From assembly GCA_020632035.1 (NCBI GenBank), contig JACKGG010000002.1:88095-152094 (forward strand): a DNA stretch of 64,000 nucleotides, given 5' to 3'. The notes under the pieces were generated by a model, which saw nothing but the letters and a program-made list of their open reading frames with translations, did not search any database and was not told where the DNA came from. The stretch is from Candidatus Nomurabacteria bacterium. GTDB taxonomy: Bacteria; Patescibacteriota; Minisyncoccia; Phycocordibacterales; UBA918. The translations under genes and the position numbers were made by a program. The first letter of the stretch is position 1. Every line of letters starts with the position of its first letter. Below are positions 58,455 through 64,000 of the stretch, piece after piece.

Positions 58455-59522
58455 TTAAATAAGTCTTTCTAATCCCTTAGGGTTGTTTGAATAAGTGAAA
58501 GCGTTCTCAACAGTAATGTCACCATTTTGTACCAAGCGGGCTAGTGAACGGTTCATATCTATCATACCTTGTTCTAGCCCAGTCTCAATCACTGACGGTA
58601 TCTCATGAATACGATTTTCCCGAATCAAATTGCTGACAGCATTGTTATTAATAAGAAGCTCATAGGCTGGTACTAGTCCACCAGTAATATGTGGGATGAG
58701 GCGTTGTGAAAAGATGGCAATCAGTGAGCCGGCTAGTTGAACCCGAATTTGGTCTTGCTGATCACCTGGGAAAGAGTCCACAATACGGTTAATGGTCTGA
58801 GCGGCATCGTTGGTGTGTAGAGTCGAGTACACCAAGTGTCCAGTCTCAGCTGCCGTAACAGCGGCAGCTATAGTCTCGGTGTTTCGCATCTCACCCACCA
58901 AAATAACATCCACATCTTGGCGCAAAGAGGCAGTCAAAGCAGTCTGAAAATCGCTAGTGTCAATGCCGATTTCACGTTGGTCGATGAGAGCTTTTTCTTC
59001 TTGATAAACATACTCAATAGGATCCTCAATGGTCACGATGTGTTCTGACCTAGTTTTGTTGATAGTGTTTACCATGGCCGCCAAGGTGGTCGACTTACCT
59101 TGACCAACTGGCCCTACACAGAGAAAGAAACCTTGTGAGCGTTGGGTAAAACTTTCTAAAATTGGTGGAAGGTTGAGCTCTTCATAATTTCGTATGACAT
59201 TAGGAATAAGTCTCAAAGCAATACCCATTCGCCCTCGTTGGTGAAAGGCATTGCCACGGAAGCGCACTCCTTCGGTATTTTCGTAGGAAAAGTCAACTTC
59301 GTTGAGTTCAGTAAAACGAGCGTATTGATCCTCTCGCATCAAGATCTTAACAAAAGCATTTACATCTGAGTCGGTTAGAATCGGTTTTTTAATTAGTGGT
59401 ATAAGTGTACCTGACACGCGAATCAGTGGGTGTGCCCCAACAGAAAAGTGTAGGTCTGATGCTTTCTCTTGAAGGATCAGTTCTATTAGTGCGTTAAGTT
59501 CCTTTTTGTAATCTACTGCCAT
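58455..59522 (-). CDS. pilT: type IV pilus retraction ATPase PilT
   Basis: Walker A GPVGQGKST, Asp box, and His box (GHLVYSTLHTNDAAQTINRIVD); 355 aa. Confidence 0.85.
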   Translation of the reverse strand: MAVDYKKELNALIELILQEKASDLHFSVGAHPLIRVSGTLIPLIKKPILTDSDVNAFVKILMREDQYARFTELNEVDFSYENTEGVRFRGNAFHQRGRMGIALRLIPNVIRNYEELNLPPILESFTQRSQGFFLCVGPVGQGKSTTLAAMVNTINKTRSEHIVTIEDPIEYVYQEEKALIDQREIGIDTSDFQTALTASLRQDVDVILVGEMRNTETIAAAVTAAETGHLVYSTLHTNDAAQTINRIVDSFPGDQQDQIRVQLAGSLIAIFSQRLIPHITGGLVPAYELLINNNAVSNLIRENRIHEIPSVIETGLEQGMIDMNRSLARLVQNGDITVENAFTYSNNPKGLERLI

Positions 59523-59527
59523 AAAAT

Positions 59528-59893
59528 TTATTTAGAAAGTTCTTCAACTTTTTTAACTACGTCGCTTGGTACGGACTCTGCCTTAATTATATACCCTACC
59601 GCCCCGGCATCCATAGCTTCTTTAATGTCTTCTGGCTGGCCTTGGTTTGACAAAACTATGCACTTGGCTTTCAAGCTTGGAAACTGCGTGTTGATTTCTT
59701 TTATGAGTTCCACGCCGGTCATGGCTGGCATGACCATATCAAGTAGAATTATGTCTAATTCTTGATTGTTTTGGATAACCCGCAAAGCATTTACAGCACT
59801 GTCAGCAACCTCAACCTCATAGCCACAAGAGGTAAATTTAGTTGCATACATATCACGCAAAAATGCGTCATCATCAATTAGAAGTAACTTCAT
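59528..59893 (-). CDS. CheY-like response-regulator receiver embedded in the pilus operon (PilH/PilG-like)
   Basis: LLIDDD, the phospho-acceptor in ILLDMVMP, and a conserved K; 121 aa. Confidence 0.65.
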   Translation of the reverse strand: MKLLLIDDDAFLRDMYATKFTSCGYEVEVADSAVNALRVIQNNQELDIILLDMVMPAMTGVELIKEINTQFPSLKAKCIVLSNQGQPEDIKEAMDAGAVGYIIKAESVPSDVVKKVEELSK

Positions 59894-60003
59894 CCCGTTA
59901 TAAATCGGAAGTTATCCTTCCAATTTTATTATTAGATCTAATAAATAAGAATCGACCAGTTTTGGTTTTGGACGTATAGAGGCAATAGCAACTTTCGTAA
60001 TTT

Positions 60004-61839
60004 CTAACGGGATTCATCACTTCCCATTATAGCCTCTCCCACCTCAATCTCTTGCAGGTTATCGACAGTGTCGTAATCTGGAAAAGTCTCATCTTCTGTG
60101 ACGTCGCTCCCTAGAGTAGTGCTGAAGGCGTTCATTTCTTCAAGTGGTATCTCGTGATTCAAGGCTTTTATGATTGCGTCTTCCTGGATTGTGACAAAAC
60201 CGTTCTTGCGCGCCGATTGGAAGAATTCTTCTTCCGAGGCATTTTTTAAAATTAACTCTTGCATCTCTTCGTCTATTTCAAGCACCTCTGTTACCGCTGT
60301 TCGACCACGATATCCGGTCGCACAAGTGGCTGTGATCTCTGGGTGTAACACAGTACGGCTTTCGGGTATTTGCTTGTGATACTTTGTCGGGAGTGATTTA
60401 AAAGTTTTTTCAATACGTAATTTTGTGCTCACATCTATTTCTTTTTCGATACCTGTGCCGGAACAAAGGGTACGAGCTAGTCTCTGAGCGATAGCCATTT
60501 TCAGAGTCGGAGCAATCAAGTACGGATCAACACCCATGTCGATAAGACGCGGTATCACTCCAATCGCATTGTTAGTGTGAATGGTAGACAGTACCAAGTG
60601 CCCAGTAAGAGCGGCCTGGATGGCCAATTGAGCTGTTTCAGTGTCTCGGATCTCTCCCACCATGATGATGTCTGGGTCCTGACGAAGCGCAGCTCTGAGA
60701 CCCTTTGCAAAAGTGTATCCAATCTCCGGTCGGACCTGAGACTGACTGACGTTATCCATATTGTACTCAACCGGATCCTCTAGCGACATTACGTTTTTGG
60801 TCAGAGTGTCAACTTCCTGAATCATCCCGCGTAGAGTAGTAGACTTACCTGAACCTGTCGGACCAGAGATCAAAATAATCCCGTACGGTTCTTTAACCAC
60901 TTTCTTTATGATCTCCATGTTGGCTTTTGAGATACCACTTTCTACCAAGGTACGAACACCTTTGCTAGTATCCAAAATACGCATAACGACCTTCTCACCG
61001 TGGTTAGTAGGAAGAACCGAGACTCGAAAGTCGATCTTTCGGTCATCGAAAGTGGCTGAGAAACGTCCGTCTTGTGGTTTACGACGTTCATCTAGACGCA
61101 TAGAAGAAAGGATCTTCACTCTAGCGACTACTGCCATGTGGACGTTTTTAGGAAGCTCAAGACTTTTTGCTAAATTACCGTCTACTCGAAATCTGACTCC
61201 GACTTTTTTAGGAGTAGGTTCAATATGAATATCGGAAGCTCCGCCATCTACTGCATAACGCAAAATAGTAGCCACGATTTTAGTTACCGGAGCATCTTCT
61301 TCGATGTGCTCGTATGACTGCTGTGAACCTTCAGCAGACTCCTCTAAGCTAGCAGCGATTTCTGCATCCAGCTCAGTCTCTAAAGTCTCTAGCGCTTGCC
61401 CCACATCTCCTTCTAAGTTGGCATACAAAGCTTGTACTTTTGCAATATCAGCAAAAAGCATATACGACAAACGAAAAGGTAAATTGTGCTTAGTGCTGAT
61501 GTAGTTTAGTGCCTCGCGCATTTGGAGATCATCTGGGTTATTGACTCCAATCACCAAAACATCATCCTCGATTTTGAGAGGTACCATCTTGTAGTAAGTA
61601 GCAGATTCTTCTGAGACGTAATTCAATAAATCTTGAGGGACAGTAAAACCATCTGGTAACTCAAAAGCTGGAACTTGATAAAAGTCAGCCATAAAATTAC
61701 GGACAGCTTCTTTAGTCATTCCTAATTCTTGGAAAACTACCTCGTAGCTCTTCCCTGTCTCTGCAACCATAGCCTCAGCCTTAGTAATGAAGGCTTCGTC
61801 GACACTACCGCTTTCTCTTAAGGCTTGTAGTGGGTCCAT
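60004..61839 (-). CDS. pilB: type IV pilus assembly ATPase PilB (GspE family)
   Basis: N-terminal GSPII-type domain, Walker A GPTGSGKST, Asp and His boxes; 611 aa. Confidence 0.85.
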   Translation of the reverse strand: MDPLQALRESGSVDEAFITKAEAMVAETGKSYEVVFQELGMTKEAVRNFMADFYQVPAFELPDGFTVPQDLLNYVSEESATYYKMVPLKIEDDVLVIGVNNPDDLQMREALNYISTKHNLPFRLSYMLFADIAKVQALYANLEGDVGQALETLETELDAEIAASLEESAEGSQQSYEHIEEDAPVTKIVATILRYAVDGGASDIHIEPTPKKVGVRFRVDGNLAKSLELPKNVHMAVVARVKILSSMRLDERRKPQDGRFSATFDDRKIDFRVSVLPTNHGEKVVMRILDTSKGVRTLVESGISKANMEIIKKVVKEPYGIILISGPTGSGKSTTLRGMIQEVDTLTKNVMSLEDPVEYNMDNVSQSQVRPEIGYTFAKGLRAALRQDPDIIMVGEIRDTETAQLAIQAALTGHLVLSTIHTNNAIGVIPRLIDMGVDPYLIAPTLKMAIAQRLARTLCSGTGIEKEIDVSTKLRIEKTFKSLPTKYHKQIPESRTVLHPEITATCATGYRGRTAVTEVLEIDEEMQELILKNASEEEFFQSARKNGFVTIQEDAIIKALNHEIPLEEMNAFSTTLGSDVTEDETFPDYDTVDNLQEIEVGEAIMGSDESR

Positions 61840-61842
61840 AGT

Positions 61843-62148
61843 TTATCTTGTATCTACATCAGCAAATGGGTCTTCTCTACCAATAGTAGTTTCTACGATA
61901 GGAGTTGAGTAACTAACTAGATAGCGGAACCGAGCGTCATCAAAAATATCTATATCCAGGGCAATCTTTTTCAAAATAGCATCTCGCTCAATAAAGACGC
62001 GTGTTCTTTCTAGCATTGTCTGCATAGTCTGATCACTAACATCATACTCAGAAACAGAATTAGTGTATTGTGTGTATAGATAGAATCCACCAAATGCAAT
62101 AGTGATAAGGCCAAGTACTACAGAAATGTTTGTTGCTGTTTTTCCCAT
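61843..62148 (-). CDS. small single-TM protein inside the pilus assembly operon
   Basis: Hydrophobic N-terminus; sits where a PilP-like component would be. No sequence support beyond that. Confidence 0.3.
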   Translation of the reverse strand: MGKTATNISVVLGLITIAFGGFYLYTQYTNSVSEYDVSDQTMQTMLERTRVFIERDAILKKIALDIDIFDDARFRYLVSYSTPIVETTIGREDPFADVDTR

Positions 62149-62152
62149 ACGA

Positions 62153-62746
62153 TTATTCTTGATTATCTATTGCACTAATAAGTGAATCATCATTGTATGC
62201 ATATGTCACTAGAGTAATGTCAGCTGAGAGGAATCCTCCGTCTAGTTGGGTGATATTCATTCCATGCAACTCGAGCGGATAGTTGTTATGTTCAATGAGC
62301 TTAAACAAATCTTTTATCTGTGTGTAAGTTCCCTCAACAACGAGTTGGAAAGAATAAGGGGTTGGTCCTTCATCACTTTGAGGTAAAGGATTTGATGAAC
62401 GTCGGCTATTATTAGCCACAGAATCTTGTGACAATCCATTGATGTAAATAACACCAGCCTCTTCTGAAATTATCTGCAGATCACGCACTACTGCTATGGT
62501 GTCGACTTCATCCGGCATATAATCTCGCAATCGAGTACGATCGTCTGTAGATATGCTATTGAGCTGTACGGTGAGTGATTTTAATTTGTTATTTACGTTA
62601 GAAACTTCTCCTAACTTACTTATGTAAGTTTCTGTATCAGCCTGGACGACCTTAATGTCTTCAAAAATTGGCTGAATGTAAGTGATTATAATTGCGACCG
62701 AAACTATAACCATCCCGATTTGGGTAAAAAGACCTTGTGGAATCAT
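62153..62746 (-). CDS. pilO: PilO-like pilus assembly protein (N-terminal TM + coiled coil)
   Basis: Topology and its position between the pilN-like gene and pilB; 4-nt overlap with the upstream gene. Confidence 0.45.
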   Translation of the reverse strand: MIPQGLFTQIGMVIVSVAIIITYIQPIFEDIKVVQADTETYISKLGEVSNVNNKLKSLTVQLNSISTDDRTRLRDYMPDEVDTIAVVRDLQIISEEAGVIYINGLSQDSVANNSRRSSNPLPQSDEGPTPYSFQLVVEGTYTQIKDLFKLIEHNNYPLELHGMNITQLDGGFLSADITLVTYAYNDDSLISAIDNQE

Positions 62747-63432
62747 ATATCAAGTTGATTATTTTCTTCAACAACCGCTTCTCCTGGACTTGATTGGGTA
62801 ATGTTTTCTAAATTCACTTCGTACGGCACCGCCTCAACAGGGACCTCGAGCTCTGCAGTAAAGGTAACCAGAGGTTCATCACTAGAAGCACCTGGTGATA
62901 CCGTGTTACCGCTGGCTACGCCTGAATTACTTAGTTGCTTTATTGTTACTGAAGAAATGGCCGGGGCACTTCGATATCCGTCATCTCTTTGGAAGATAGT
63001 TGAGTCAAAGGTGTCTGTCTCAATAGCGACTGTAAGTAAGAATGCGTCGTCGAGTTGTCTCTCTATACCTAGAGTTTTGATTTTTACAGTATCAATAGTA
63101 GCTGCTTCTAATGCGTTGAATATAGAAACCACAGACACGCTACTGTTTACTCGACCTACTGCCTGCCTCAAACGAGAATCAAAATCTTGAACTCGACGCA
63201 TATCTGCCTCGTTAAAGTTTGCTATTTCGGTATCTAGTTCGGTCAGAGCTTTAGTTCTATTGAGTTCAATGTGCTTGCTGTAAAGGAACGCTCCACCGGC
63301 TCCAATTAAAGTAGCAAACATTAAGGTGTAGCTTATAAATGTAAAAATGTATACCTGTTTAGAAGCCGAGTTTCGCACTCGCTTAGCTGGACCTCGCTTA
63401 GGAATAAATGAACTGTTTGAAGGATCTTCCAT
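62743..63432 (-). CDS. pilN: PilN-like pilus assembly protein (short cytoplasmic N-terminus, TM, periplasmic coiled coil)
   Basis: Topology, and its position immediately after the pilM-like gene. Confidence 0.45.
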   Translation of the reverse strand: MEDPSNSSFIPKRGPAKRVRNSASKQVYIFTFISYTLMFATLIGAGGAFLYSKHIELNRTKALTELDTEIANFNEADMRRVQDFDSRLRQAVGRVNSSVSVVSIFNALEAATIDTVKIKTLGIERQLDDAFLLTVAIETDTFDSTIFQRDDGYRSAPAISSVTIKQLSNSGVASGNTVSPGASSDEPLVTFTAELEVPVEAVPYEVNLENITQSSPGEAVVEENNQLDI

Positions 63433-63485
63433 ATTTATTATTATACGCGTGCAAAATTAAAAAAGGCGAATAGACTGTGGACACT

Positions 63486-64000
63486 CTATTCGTAAGCACG
63501 AAGCGCCGCACCCAAAGCTACTGCAAACGAGGGGCCAATTTCTTTCATGGTGTCCTCCATAAAAGCTGGATAAGCGACTTTTGAAAAAGGGTTGGCAATA
63601 GAAACATCCCTACCTAAGACAGATTTTAGTTGAGCATCTATACCTGGAAACAGAGCCCCTCCCCCAGTCAAATAAACTGAACCAATGGTGACTCCAGTTT
63701 TTTGTTCATACTCTTTGATCACCTGGTTGAATTCACGAAATGCTCGTTCGTAGCTTTCATCGTGACATCTTTTTATTTTAGAAAATTCTTCTGAATTTCG
63801 GTCAATAGAACATTTTAGTGATTCTGCTTTTTCGAAATCAACTTCCAGAGCCTCTGAGATTTTGTTGGTAGCAATTACTCCCCCAGATCGAATACGGTAC
63901 ATGCGCATCAGGAGTCCCTTTCTTGAAATATAGAGCTTGGAAGATACTGCCCCAACATCTACGATGGCAACATCTTCTTCTTCACTATTATAAATTGCTC
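63486..64000 (-). CDS. pilM: PilM-like actin-fold pilus assembly ATPase; partial, the N-terminus lies beyond the window edge
   Basis: C-terminal actin-like motifs (VYLTGGGALFPGIDAQL..). The frame stays open to the window end. Confidence 0.65.
   Translation of the reverse strand, partial: AIYNSEEEDVAIVDVGAVSSKLYISRKGLLMRMYRIRSGGVIATNKISEALEVDFEKAESLKCSIDRNSEEFSKIKRCHDESYERAFREFNQVIKEYEQKTGVTIGSVYLTGGGALFPGIDAQLKSVLGRDVSIANPFSKVAYPAFMEDTMKEIGPSFAVALGAALRAYE

Overview
This window is a gene-dense, low-GC bacterial segment that looks like a small-genome Patescibacteria/CPR-type organism. Reasons: short intergenic spacers; a valS that lacks the usual C-terminal coiled-coil; a large LamG-repeat surface protein; and a complete type IV pilus locus. 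Release factor 2 is present with an SPF motif and ORFs read through cleanly, so the standard code (table 11) seems to apply.

Housekeeping genes I can support:
- translation and tRNA modification: tsaD, valS, lepA, prfB, gatCA, rlmB
- envelope and division: murJ, ftsEX, an FtsB-like protein, galU plus a second sugar nucleotidyltransferase, a phosphohexomutase, msrA, DsbB
- other: pyrG, ligA, mgtE, a DEAD-box helicase, Hsp20, a HIT hydrolase, an M24 peptidase and a DHH phosphoesterase

I found eight tRNA genes (Val, Phe, Arg, Gln, Thr, Asp and two with a CAT anticodon) and an RNase P RNA (rnpB) on the minus strand.

The 3' third of the window (51.7-64 kb) is one minus-strand type IV pilus cluster. 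It reads pilM-N-O, pilB, a CheY-like receiver, pilT, pilC, a major pilin, pilD and four minor pilins. A REP-associated tyrosine transposase (RAYT) flanked by REP palindromes sits between pilD and the major pilin.

The most unusual content is non-coding: a set of partial, exact copies of tRNA gene segments.
- Four perfect 110-bp tandem units lie upstream of tRNA-Val. Each carries the tRNA 5' portion with the anticodon arm replaced by a hairpin.
- Three minus-strand tRNAs (Phe, Gln, CAT) each have a ~150-190-bp tail of the same layout. It comprises a direct copy of the tRNA 3' end broken in the T-loop and fused to GTCAC, an inverted copy of the 3' end, and a hairpin.
- tRNA-Arg has a 5' two-thirds copy upstream and a large-serine-recombinase remnant abutting its 3' end.
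- A ~106-nt hairpin-rich element occurs at two loci. It forms 160-bp tandem units that duplicate the msrA start, and a 149-bp unit beside tRNA-CAT.
- An 11-nt loop, UUCGUAAACUC, recurs at three loci with covarying stems.

I saw no CRISPR array, reverse transcriptase or recognisable defence system. The tRNA-linked fragment/repeat system is the best candidate for something undescribed, and its mechanism and function cannot be decided from sequence alone.
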